A stretch of 61,372 nt of DNA, counting the filler, from Sphacelaria rigidula (taxonomy: Eukaryota): the NCBI GenBank assembly GCA_964200075.2. It is 11 parts of 11 records of this genome, joined end to end, with 100 filler letters (N's around TTAATTAATTAA, not from the genome) between each part and the next. Parts side by side here need not be neighbours in the genome. Positions count along the whole stretch, not along the records: positions 33,535 to 39,022 come from CAXNAA020026917.1; positions 39,123 to 44,610 come from CAXNAA020026918.1; positions 44,711 to 50,198 come from CAXNAA020026919.1; 8 more parts are not named here. One strand, written 5' to 3'. Shown piece by piece: positions 37,086-49,400 of the stretch. Numbering within the stretch: the stretch's first letter is position 1; each line of letters starts with the position of its first letter. Position numbers and translations under genes: made by a program. The notes beneath the pieces were generated by a model that had not been told where the DNA came from, ran no database searches, and saw only the letters and a list, made by a program, of their open reading frames with translations.

Positions 37086-39404
37086 CCGGGACCTGCAAGA
37101 GTGGTGGGGGGTCGAGGTCTCCAATCATAGCTATGGCAAAACTTGCAACAAATCTCATTCTGCGTAATTCGGGATACGTATGGCAAACCGGGCTATATTA
37201 CGTGGTTCCAGATACTGCTCAAGCACTCATGTCAGCTTCTGCCGCTCTAGATCGATTACAGGCTACGCTTCTACTCAAGTGAGCCGTAGTACTTCACTCA
37301 AACATATGGCAGCAAACAGAGACAATATCGCGCCGGTAGCATAGTCTATGCAACTCCGGCGACAAGGCATCCATAGTATAAGGGTGAGGGCATCGCCCGA
37401 GTTTTCCCCTGGCACTGCATCGTCTGTGACTACAGCAGGTAGACCTCGATTTTCGTGAAATGTTCCATGATGAAACGTGGTGACGTATTTTCCTACCCGT
37501 ACGGGTTGAGGACAAAACTCGTGTCTCTTTTTGCGCGTATGCCTGTTCGTCACATGTCTGCTACTAACTGCACATGTTCATGAAGGCAAGTAGGTTAGTG
37601 GTACCCATCACTGACGGCTGATCGTACGACACAAGAGCAAGGAAGGCCCGACGCTCATGTCCGAGTCACCTGCTCCTCCATTTGGGTTTTAGCGCGGTCC
37701 GTCATTTCCATCACGGTTGGTACCAGTAGTTGCTGTATTTGTCTTTCCTGCCTGCACAGACATGCCTCGCACAGGTCGCTAATCCCTCTCTCCGCCGCCG
37801 TAGCGGTAATATTCAGCAAGTCCGCGCGAACACCCTGAAGGAAGACGATAACAGCATCGAAACAATAAGCACAGTGTTAGTGTTATGGTTAGGACAAGGG
37901 TCAGGCATGCGATCCCTGCAGGGACCAGCCCGATCGGTCTTGAAAAACGTCGATCCTGGCGTGTTTCAACTACACTGCGTTCTAAGACGCACACGGTCCC
38001 CCCACGCATTACAGCATCCATCTGGCATATTAAAGACCACCTGAGATGCTCTTCTGGGGTATGGATATCCACCTGGAATAAGAATATCCAGCTGGAATAT
38101 GGAAATGTATTTGGGATATTCACCTCAGAGATCCTGGTTGCCGAGCCAAATGTGCGATCTAGGAGCGTCCGATTCAAAAATGTATCGGTTAGCGGAGCAC
38201 TGCCTGTACAATATAAAGGCAGCGAGTTCGTTTTGTACCATATGCTGCGCCACCGTACCGCACCGTACACTACACTTCACTGCACGTGCACCTCTTCACT
38301 ACACCACGATACACTACAAGGTACTGTAGTGCTGTAGTGCTGTGCAGAGTAGAGCACAGGAAATGCAGTGCAGAACCCTCCAACAGTACACTGTGGTACG
38401 GTGAAGCCGCACAGACAGTCGTTTGTACAGTAGCATAGCAAGCAGCACCTCCAAACAACAAAGTCGCGTTCTCATCATTTTTCAACGTGCCACCCGTAAC
38501 GGTGGCGCAAGAGGTCACGATCCCGACAGAATGACAATGCGGCCAGGTATAGCACTGTTGTTTGTGCGCTGTAGACACCCGCCGAGCATAAAACGTTTAC
38601 GTAACACAACCAAGCGAATGCTGATACCATGACAGCGTAAGGGAGGTCCCCTGACTGCAATGCCAGGCGTTGCTACTGCGTGAATGGACCATTGCTATAG
38701 GCATGACAATTGTGGTGGATGTCCCACATCGCTTGTTGGGATATACTGATTGTAGACTGGCTGTGACCGTGGTGGCGAAGGATGAGGGCGGTTCTTTTCC
38801 GTTCCGCTAAGAAGTTTGACGAGGCAATTTCGTTTTCGCAGTCGATAGGTCCAAAAGGGACTATGGCTCTGAAAAAATAGCTCTGCAATTGTTTTTTATA
38901 GGGAAAGCACCGTGCACCATGACCGGCTGACACTTTCTACGATAGCCCCCCCCCCCAAAAGTAATTGCCGAGTAATCATTGCTGGCAAAACACAACAGAT
39001 TGATTGATTTTGATTGATTGTCNNNNNNNNNNNNNNNNNNNNNNNNNNNNNNNNNNNNNNNNNNNNTTAATTAATTAANNNNNNNNNNNNNNNNNNNNNN
39101 NNNNNNNNNNNNNNNNNNNNNNCCCAAGGACAAACAACAAAGCAAAAAAACAAAAGGGCCCCCCCCCCCCCCCCCCGCTCGTATCCCGTTGCCGTTCTGT
39201 GACTGAGTAAGTACACCATTTCAAGACCCCGTAAAATCGGCAATCATCGGAGAGACAAAAGTTTTCGAATAATAGTTTTTTTACAGCGAACAGTTCCGGT
39301 GGGTTTAGTCTCAGACGGTAAAACTAAGCCAAGGGTGTTAACGGTTTTTCATCTCTTGTTGAGAACACGCACACGCACGCACGCGCCTGTGGCCACATGT
39401 ACTG

Positions 39405-39520
39405 ATTGATGGTTGGTTGATTGATTGTCGCACTTTAACTGACCACCCGTGGGTCCAGCCGTGGTCGCATGATGGAGGTACCCAAGAAAAGCAGAACTGA
39501 AAAACTCGCTCAAGAAAAGA
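39405..39520 (-). mobile_element. Retroposon (LINE/SINE) 3' end with (TCAA)n tail; other copies ~11240-11330, 40321-40400, 41604-41680, 44150-44232, 50021-50130, 51730-51831, 52148-52260
   Basis: Recurrent GATTGATTGATTGTCGCACTTTAACTGACCC...TCCAGCCGTGGTC...ATGAT followed by A-rich sequence on the + strand. Confidence 0.78.
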
Positions 39521-42109
39521 AGGCACAAAAAAAGTCGAAGAGAACGACATAGTAGACTAAGACGTGAAAAAAACAAAAAAAGGAGAAAAACAAAAATGGT
39601 ACGTGACTGAAAATAACCCGTCAGCATATGGCTCTCGGTGGCCCGACCGCAAAAAATAGGGTGACCTACACAACTACAAAAACCAAGGTTTCATTATGTG
39701 TGCATTCTGCGGTAGTAGGATTCTCTGTTATTTTGCATTCCGTCAAGACCTGGGATGTGCGGTGTAATATTGGTCACGATGAATAACACCCGGGCAAACC
39801 GTTAACCTATCCTTGATTTATTTATTCGTTATGTGCTGCCGTTGCGGCACCAAAAGCTGTGCCGTTGGAAGAATCTCTTCGAAAATAATCTGATGAAAAC
39901 AAGACCTTCTTTGAATTTTACGTCTCTGGGGTCGTGAGATCTCACGAAGTGACTTCCTTCTGCAGCCGAAGAAGGTCATCTCCGGCTCTCCCTGAAGAAG
40001 GGTCGCTGTCGCAACCCAGTTGCCGAAGGATCTCCGGAGAGAGGCGCATTTTTTCTCCTGACATTCAGGACAACGGTTCGCCTTGAGCCTGGGTGGTAGG
40101 CAGTCAAACGGAGCTTGTGCACAGCGCAGAGCACAGAGTGGAAACCCGGGTGCTTACGAAGACTCTGTTACATTGAGCTATTGATACAGTCGGAACCCGT
40201 TACCTGGGGTACCAAAGAGTCGTCTGCACAGGTGTAAGGGGTCTACGGCCCCTCATTCATGTCACTGTCAGACCAGTTTCCTGTCACGTACTCATCTCCG
40301 GTTTTACACATGCGACAAGGTTGATTGATGCGATCAATTGTCGCACGTTCACTGATCCAGCCGTGGTCGCACGATGGGAAGTACCCCAAATGGAACAAAA
40401 CGGGAAACACTCGCGGAAGGGAAGTGAAGAACGCACAGAAAGGTGGAACAGGCACAAGTGAGTGGGCTGAATCAAATCAACCGACCCAACTAACAAACAA
40501 AACACAGACAAGGAAGAAGAAATGATTGACTGCTGCACAACACGACTTCAGATGGAGAGAAAGGTGGAGAGAAAGAGAGAGCAGAGAAGGGGGACTACAT
40601 AATTGATGGAGCCCAAAAATGTGGCTTCCACAGTTCATTTTCTTGGCAGTCCGTCCGTTTTTTTTCGATGGAGATAATCAAGATGATTTGTTTTACTCAT
40701 GACAAGTGAGATGCATGCACTCCGTAGCCTTCACGGTGCAATATGTTGTGCGTGCGTGCGGAGAGTGGGAGACAGAGGAAGCAGAGGCAAGCAACGGTAC
40801 CCGAGCTTGAGCTGCGTCTGACAGGATCTTGCGCGCTCGTGTCTGAGATGGGCGTGAGGCCGAAACGTCGTTTTCTCTCAACAGATGCCTGAGTTAGAAA
40901 TGAGGTAGATGCTTTAGACCAGGAACTACGTCCCGGGAAAGGGAAGGAATGGCAAGTGTGGAGAAGCAAAAAAAGGGAAAAGGTGCAAGCCACGTCGTCT
41001 ACGCCTGAGCTATGTGTCTTCCATCATCTTGCGCGTGCATGCACTTTTACGTGTGCGTACGCGTGCGCTTAACTTGGATCAAATCTCCGTTTCTCTCTGA
41101 TAGGGCCCGATCAAGATTAAGCCGTTAAAGTGGATCCTGGGTATTGACTCCGTGGCCGATGTCATTGCGTGGGATGGAGACCAACGCGGCGCCGTTATTC
41201 ACATCGTGCCGAGAGACCCGTCGAAGGAGATCAAGGTGAAGAGAAAATGAAGCACAAAGGGCAAAGGCAGATTTAGCATCGTGTATGTCGAAAAGAAGTA
41301 CGTCAAATGATGAGTCATTTTCCAGGGGGTCCCTGTAGTACGCCACCTTGCTGTGAATGTTGATACAACATAGCTTGAATTTGAGTCACGAGAAGGTGGT
41401 CCCACAGCAAGGATCCGCAAGAAAATCTTCGCGGATAAGGGAATTGATTTTACTGTTGACACCGTTCGAACCGATACTTTCATTCAACCGAGGGTTTTTG
41501 CACACTATTTCTCATTTCCATTTCGACAGCTCTGTAATTGTTAGACATTGGGCTAAGGGAAACGTCGCGCTTACGGAAACTTTATCGTCTCCGGTCAATG
41601 TTTGATTGGTTTGATTGATTGATTGACTGAGTGTCGCACTTCAACTGACCCCCCATGGATCCAGCCGTGGTCACTTGATGTTGATTCTCCGGGCAGTATG
41701 GCATCGAACCTGTTTTCTTGCGGGAGGGTCTTATTAGCCGTATTTTGGTTTTGAAAAAAACTGCGGCTTTTCGGCTGTGCGCAATAAGCAGCTAGGAATT
41801 ACAACAGCGTCCTTGACCCACTTTTCACCGGAGCGATGGGAAGTGGTTGGCTTGAACGGATGTGTCAGGGAGCCCAGCACCTGGGGCTATGTACTAGCAG
41901 GACCCCCGACGACCGGTTAGTCTGTGAGTGATCCCAACGTTATCGTAGGAATGGTTCTCTCGAAGCCTGTTTCGGGCAGGAATATCTCTTCATCCTCGAA
42001 ATTTCGTATTGAGCGTTCGAGGTTATGAGCCGCGGTGGCTGAGACACCAAAACAATCGCTTTCGAACAGCAAATCTCTGTTCAAGCGATACTCGAGCAAG
42101 GACGCAAGA

Positions 42110-42471
42110 GTTGTGTGTGTGTGTGTGTGTCTGTGTGTTCTCATCCCATCTATTCTGGACGTCAGTCTACACCTTTCGGTATATGTGGGCGCACCAGCCG
42201 GGGTCACGCAGGAGGAATGCCAACACAGTTTTTTTTTTCTTATTTGTTCTAGTACTCCGCCTTCCTTCTGCGGTGCTTGCCATTATTTTTTATCGCGAAA
42301 GGGTTCCAGCAGTATTTTTCCCTCGTCGCTCGCGAAGTCGAACTTTGTGTACCCACGACATAGTCGCTCTCCACTTGTGTGATGAAAATCCCAGATCACT
42401 CCGAGACTCAAACCCACGATCCAATCGTCAGAGGGTTTGGAGGTTACCAACTGAGCCACTTGGGCGACCGG
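42110..42471 (-). mobile_element. tRNA-derived SINE with (CA)n tail (second copy 53465-53858; fragment ~27797-27845)
   Basis: Minus-strand head GCCGGTCGCCCAAGTGGCTCAGTTGGTAACC (A box) and GGTTTGAGTCT (B box-like); body shared between copies. Confidence 0.8.
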
Positions 42472-43961
42472 CACTTAGAGTCAAATTGATATTTGGTTAG
42501 GCACTAAAGGTGAGAACAATCAAGTAGGTATTTCGAGTGTTTTCCGGCGTTGGTACGTGTCACCCTGGATGCCCGTTACGTGCGGAAGCAAGGAGTGTTC
42601 CCATATTTCTGGTTGGATGATCCGAAAATTTGGAACCGACTGCTCTAAAACCTTCGGAATGTCCTTCTGCGAAATAATTTCATATTCGCCACCCCGAGTG
42701 GAGAATAAGAAAACGCATGTAGTAGTGAATTGATGCCAATTCGACCGGATGCACATGTCGGGCAACGTCTCCACCGCCCTCATACTGTACATGCCTCCCC
42801 CTTGCCCCCCCTGCGCTTTCATATGTTGACGTCGAAGTAGGTACTGACTGCTCGGATATGTGCAGGTGATCGGCAAGGTATGCTATTTTTGTATACGTTG
42901 ATCGGCGAGCCATGTTATCTCGGAATCACATCGGACAGACGAAAATGTAGTTGGAGGTCATACTACCCTGGCGGTCATTCTCTTTACCGTTGTGTCGAAC
43001 GATACGCTGAAGTGGTGTTTTATTTCTCCCCTTGTTTAGTTGATCTACGGTATGTAGCCGTTCTTACCCACGCCCGCAGATTTCATCCCCAGTAGTGGGG
43101 GTAGCACAAGGAACACTGAGTTCAAAAAGCCTTTGTATGTGCGGATACGTGGAAGAGTCACGTATCTGTTTTGGTCACTTCGTGGGAGGTATAGTCGAGT
43201 ATTGTGTGTTACCAGCGTTACGCCGGCGATAATGCCACCTTATTCACCACCCTATGAGAGAACGGGGCATGAAACAGGCAACGATGTGGATCAAGCCTGC
43301 AACGACAGTTTTCCCTTACCGCACAAGTGTAGAGAATTTTCGAAGGTACCCCCTCGGTGAATGCCGATTCAATACCGACCGACTACTGCGCAAAAAATGG
43401 CCATGGGTGTCTCTTTTAAAGCACCAACACTAGATATCGGTATGAGTAGAAGCCCTGACTTCATTCTCCATTCTGCCGCTCGGAAGCATGGTCGCACATA
43501 CCTCACGCTATACAAAGCTCAGCGCAACGCCTTTGCGTATGCGAGCAGCAGTTACCAGCTGCTATAGTTCGAGGCCAAGACTCTGTTCATGTCCTCGGTA
43601 AATACCGCGATATGTGCTGGTCGCGCTGTCGAATTCATCTCTGAATCATTCCACGGCGAGGTAGGTCACAGGAGCACTTACTGTAATAGCATTTGTAGCT
43701 AGGTGTTTCAGCTATACAGGGAAAGTTGAGCAATCTCACTTGACTTCATGTGAGTAGGGTATGACGATCTTTCTCACAGTCGGGTCAAACCCGCTGCATG
43801 CTGTAGTTTGCCCTAGCGACGTGGGGGTCAAGTGTGCAGCCTACAGTCCGAAATCCCGCGATATTCGCCATAAACTACGAAACTACGGAGTGGTTCGAAC
43901 CGATTTTGAAGAAAACAACATTGACGAACGAGGGTGGGAAAATACATACTATCGCGAACAC

Positions 43962-44003
<42 letters not shown>
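43962..44003. repeat. (TTG)n microsatellite
   Basis: Direct reading of the sequence. Confidence 0.95.
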
Positions 44004-44004
<1 letters not shown>

Positions 44005-44710
44005 CGCATGGTGCTATCCTTGTACCTCAAGAGGGACAGCCACGACAGACACATTCCGAACAGTGTGAGAATAAATGGAAGCTCCCGCCAAAGAAACCCG
44101 ATAATGGGGAAAGGTGAAGGAAGGGGTGGGGAAACAGAGCAAACGGAAAATTGATTTATTGATTGATCGACTGATTGATTGATTGGTCGATTATCTCGCA
44201 TTAGCTTATTGCAACAATCCAGCCCGCGGTCAGGAGCAGAAAAAAAACATAATAAGAAAGAGGGAAAGGAACAGAAAAAAACAGAAGCAACAGCCACAGG
44301 AAGGAAAGAAGGAATAAAGCAGCGACAACAGCAACAGCAACAACAACGACAACGACAACAACACATGGAAGACAAGGGTGATGGAACAAGAGGAAACAAA
44401 AAGGAAGGAAGGGACGGGGAAGGAAAAGCCCCCCTCCCCTCCTCCGTCTCGAAAGGGATGCGTGGTCAATGGTCACACGACTAAAGCAAGCAACAAATGA
44501 GTACGCCCCCCCTCCCCTCCTCCCTTCAGCCCCCTGCTTTCAGCCTGGTCCGGCGAAAACCCGGCGTGCTCCGTCTCGGCTTTGAAGGGATGCGAGGTCA
44601 ATGGTCTGATNNNNNNNNNNNNNNNNNNNNNNNNNNNNNNNNNNNNNNNNNNNNTTAATTAATTAANNNNNNNNNNNNNNNNNNNNNNNNNNNNNNNNNN
44701 NNNNNNNNNN

Positions 44711-44950
44711 GGGGGGTGGGGGGGGGGGGGGGCGGGGGGGGGGGGGGGGAGGGGCGTATTCATTCGTTGCTTGCCTTAGTCGTTCGACCATTGAACACGC
44801 ATGCTTTTCGAGACGGAGCACCGTTCCTGCTCCTAATAGAGACACCTCCACCATTTAGGTGCTTATTACGTTTCTTCCATACATTACACAAAACCTTGTA
44901 CATATATTTTCCCCGTCCTGTTTGGCCGTATGTGGCCACCACCTATCTCG
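44711..44950 (-). mobile_element. LINE 3' end (~200 bp) with long poly(C) tail
   Basis: Reverse-complement homologue of ~46260-46448, abutting a ~45-bp G-rich run on the + strand. Confidence 0.82.
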
Positions 44951-45636
44951 TAGTATGGGGGGAGGGGGGTGAAGAGAAGAAATAAAAACAGATAAATAAT
45001 GGTTTGTGTCGATCATCAGATAAGCATGGAATATCCACCATCTACAATCTCGAGCGTGCTCGTTGCTGAGCTGCTGCTATGGTTCATCCCACGGAAAGAA
45101 CGGGGCGATGCCATGTGTCATTCTCCCCCCGAAACCAAGAGACTTGGCGGGGGTGTCATGAGCTACGACTCACTCTTGTACGTCCAATGTTGCATGTGGT
45201 GAGGTATCGCCCACCTATCGACACGTCGCTAGCAATCGACATCAAGACTACTTCACGTGCTCTACGCAGCGTCCGGTGCACCCACCCTTGTGGCACCGTG
45301 CGGGGAAAAGTGCATACGACCCTGATGATAGAGTCTCATTTGGTCTCCGTACCGGAACATCGAGCGGGAACCCTGGCACTGACGTAGCAAAAAGGATGTG
45401 TGAGCCGCAACCATTTTGAAAAGAACTAAACTTGCAAGGTATACGCCGAAACGGTATCTTACGGGCATTCCGCAGGGGCACGAGAGTTCCTCGAAACTTG
45501 CAAGAGATCCATTGTCGGCGACATTTCAAGGACTTTGTTGTCGTGAACGCTACTTTGACAACTGGGCGTACAGCCTCGAGAAGCCACTTATCAGCGTGGC
45601 TCTTTCGAGCAGCAATTTGGTTGGATCATCTTCCAC

Positions 45637-46448
45637 CCCGGGGGGCGAACAGAGACATGAGAAAATTGAGGTGGAAAAATAGCCTGAAAAATATGCAGAG
45701 AAAGAGATTGCCAGCTATATAGTTGATGGGGCTGTATGGAAGAAAAATACGAAAGGGAGTGGTGGAATAAGGTGAGATGGGAAGTCGAGAAAGTATGGAA
45801 GGGGATAGGAGGAAACCAAGACGAAATACTGTCCATAGGTAAAGGCGCGGGGTACAAGACAAAAGTAAGAGACAAGATACAAAATATGGGGGGGAAAAGC
45901 GCTCAGACGCAAAGTAGACGAGGAAGAACACCTGAAAATATACGGAGGGTCGGGATAGGGGATAGGGATGAAAACATATTTACTTGGCCCAATGAACGCG
46001 GCGAAATGAAACTGCGATTTCGGGTGGGGGACCTGGACCTGTCAGAAAGAAGAACGAGATATACCAGTGATCGAGTTGAGGAAGAAGTAGATCCCCCCTG
46101 TGGCAAAGGAATAGAGAGCAGAACTCATGTAGTTGCAGAATGTAAACTGTACAAGAAGGAACGGGACATGCTAGAGGGGGAAATGCGGGACGTGAACGAA
46201 GGTAGCATGAAATCGTTTGATGCACTATACAGTAGCGAGAAAGCGATGGCTACACTAAGAGATAGATGGTGACCACCAACGACGAAACAGGAGGGGGATA
46301 AGATATGTGAAAGGCTTTCTGTAGTGTATGAAAGAAACGTATTGAGCACCGGGAATGTTGAAGGTGTCTCAATTAGGAGTAAGAACGGTGCTTCGTCTCG
46401 TAAGGGATGCGTGGTCAATGGTCAATCGACTAAGGCAAGCAACGAATG
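45637..46448 (+). mobile_element. 5'-truncated non-LTR retrotransposon (LINE): degenerate ORF2 C-terminus plus 3' end
   Basis: RDMRKLRW...KRLPAI; MKLRFRVGDLDL; C-terminal knuckle remnant PCGKGIESRTHVVAECKLYKKER; homologues at 61002-61372 and several short 3' ends. Confidence 0.85.
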
Positions 46449-48129
46449 NNNNNNNNNNCTCTTCCCCCCCCCGACCTTCTTTCCGTATGATAACTTTTGG
46501 TTTGTCCGTTAGACATACACGGTGAAAAGGTGAAAGGAGGGGGCCGCAACATCGAAAGATGCATGGGGAGGTACGATACTCACCCGAAAGAACGGCAGTG
46601 ATCGAGGATATTCAAATAACCCTTGTGGGCAATGAAAAGTCTAAAAGGGTACTCACACACTGGGTTTTATGGTCACACATGTATGAATGTACCAATGTGG
46701 GCCGTTTCGCCTGTGTTGAAGGATACTGATGAAGCTGGCCGATGACTGACCTCAGGCAGCCGTACCAGACGAAATAATTGATTTGGACTCGCGGATGAAG
46801 TTGTCGGGCCCCCAGCCCTCTCAGGGATTACTTCATACCAGCTAGCTGGGAGAGAATTAAAACCCTTTTCCTATTCACTGGAAGTCACCTTTTTCAAAGG
46901 GTCACCATCCAATTTCAATCCGTGTAGCTCCAAATATAAGTTTAGTATAGGAATGCCGGACGTATATTTGGGGGTAGATCTGTTCTTCTTGTTTAAACAC
47001 AGACATTCGGAGTTGGACAGATTCAATGAATGTGCTGCAAATATCAAAAGTCAACGTCCGGAGAATCAGAAAACTGCTCTCGTTTCCTTCCAGCTAGAAA
47101 GGGAACAATCGCGGAGGGCTGATCACTCAGAAAATCGAAGTGGGATCCGAAGTCGCATCAATAACAGGCTGACGTCTCCCAGATATGTGTTTACAGATAC
47201 GTTGCCATAAATTTGAGTGTCGACATTGCAGTAGCACCGGATATGCAATTTCTCGTCCCCCCTCTCCGTTCTTCCCGATCGTAGGTCGTCGTCCATAGCT
47301 CTAGGGGTGTTCGATTAAATGTTAGGACGTAATTCCCCCGCCGTTGAAGCCCTCGAGTAGTGGAACCAGCCTGAAAGTGGATGCAAATAGCGATGGATGG
47401 GCCAGGATACACGCCGGTGATTGGATAAAAAGAAGCACCGAAGCCATGTGGCAGAGGCCGACATTTTGTTTTTGCTTTTCGTAGTCTACTCTGTTTATCT
47501 GCTCTACATCTTCTGTTTTTATTTTCCACGTTGCTTCAGCCAGTGTTTCAGTTGTTGTGTTCAGTCTCGGATATATTCATCATGCGACCTTGTCTCGGGG
47601 GATCGGACACAGTGCTACAATCAAATCAAATTAAGTGAAAATTAATCAGAAGAGGCTTTAGAAAAGGAGTGAGCTTTGCCCTCGCCCGTAGCGTAGGAAA
47701 CAAAAAACATGACACATCGATCATCGTTCAAAAGGCAGAAATATGATACCAAACCTTTACAATCGACTCTTTCAAAGCTGCGCTCCTCTACATGCATTCA
47801 TTATTTGTCTGGTGCGTGCAACTTTGTGTATGGGAGAACGATTTGTTGGTCAATCTAAAAAAACAAGCCGGATTGATATGGTGCCATTTCGAAACTCAAC
47901 CGGGTCAGTTTAAAAGAGGAATAGATGGATTGGCCTCCCATCGTCGGTAAGGGGCGTGTAACTATGCTGTCCTCTGCCCATTCTTTCGAGTGGTGGTTTT
48001 GCGCTCCTCTCGACGTCTGCTGCCGCATTCGGTGTACGGCGGAGCTTAATGTAGTGATTCCTATATTTATAAAATATCGTTGCGTGGGTCAACGTGAAAA
48101 ATAATCACAGCCGAACACACTGACAGCAA

Positions 48130-48165
48130 TTATTATCATATTATTGTTATTGTTTTTGTTGTTAC

Positions 48166-48202
<37 letters not shown>

Positions 48203-48395
48203 ATTACTACTACTAATATCATTACTATTACTAATATCATTACTATTACTAATATCATTACTATTACTAATATCATTACTATTATTATCATTTTGTTATT
48301 ATTATTATGATTATTATTATTATGATTGTTATTATTATTATTATTATTATTATTTCCGCACAGTAGTCCGATCTCTCGAACCCGTGGTCACAGAC
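48130..48395 (-). repeat. Compound (TTG)/(TTA) microsatellite attached to a retroposon 3' end (same end at ~26724-26770 and ~27250-27330)
   Basis: (TTA)n runs directly into TTTCCGCACA.TAGTCCGATC...GAACCCGTG.TCACA in two places, with a more diverged version in a third. Confidence 0.75.
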
Positions 48396-48799
48396 GTAGG
48401 CTCGTCTTTCCAATACCGTCCCAACAGTAGCAGTATCATATTCCGGGTTGCTGTCCATACATACCTATAGGACAAACATACGACGAGAATCACAAGCGAA
48501 AAACTTCGAGAATATCGCAACGCAAATGCATTTGCTGAAAGTACAACAGCCCCATTTTCCACAGACACGGTGGGTGCACAAAGACATACATGCATATTTT
48601 GCCCGTTTAACGTTTATCGACGAGCGGGAAGAACAAGTACGCGGCGGCGAAGGTAGCAATCAACACCTCGTTTATTTCCCGTTTCATCCAACCCTGTTTT
48701 TGTTTTTTAGCGGCCGCATTGTGAGTTTGTATCCCTGACCAAAATTATACACACAAGGTGCATAACACATGACTCGACGAACAGGCGAACAAGAGTTTG

Positions 48800-49400
48800 C
48801 TTGAAAACCAGTAAGACCATTCTTGCAGGTTGCCTGGCAACTCTCTTACGATAGTCTCACACTGAAACCGAATGGGCATAAATCTTCTTCCGCACTGGAT
48901 CAATCGAACCGGGGCGTATGGCTTACGTTTTGCGCGCGGAGAGGATGTGCTATCAGTGTATTCTGACGCAGATTACCCTGAAGAAGGATACGGAAAGACG
49001 TTCGGTATCAGGGCGTAACGGTCATGTGCGGGGGTACGGTGGTCTGTGAGTAGTCGTAGCGTAACTCTGTCAGCCACCGAGGCTGAGGATGCCGGGACTG
49101 CCGAGACGGTCGGGGAAGGGACGGTTGAAAGGCGGTTGCGTCCTTTCTACGACCGCGGGCTGTGTCGGGGTGTGTGGTGTGTGAAGTTTTACAAGATAGT
49201 CATTTACGAAGGCAAGCAGGGGGCCAAGGCGTTGGCCGATTATCCTTTCGGTTATAGTCGTACCAAGCATATGCATGTGTGATGTAGCATTCCAGTCGGG
49301 GTATGGGAAGGATTGGTGAAGATTGTACATGGAGGCTTAAGATTCGAGCTTGGTGATATCTTCATGAGCTCACCGAGTTCCGAGAAATGTCCAGTTTTGT
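48800..49400 (+). pseudogene. Decayed Ty1/Copia RT C-terminus / RNase H remnant
   Basis: Frameshifted motifs YSDADY...RRSVSG...MCGG...SVTLSATEAE...IVIYEGKQGAKALA...SRTKHMHV. Confidence 0.85.

Noticed and set aside
41125..41483. YYRDPLE motif suggestive of a Plavaka-like transposase remnant
   Set aside because: A single short motif with no supporting flanking similarity visible by eye.
42395..42471. tRNA gene
   Set aside because: A/B-like boxes are present but no convincing cloverleaf, and it is attached to a repeated body and tail; treated as a SINE head.
43761..44484. Poly-L, poly-Q and poly-C ORFs
   Set aside because: Products of (TTG)n/(CAA)n microsatellites and a retroposon tail.
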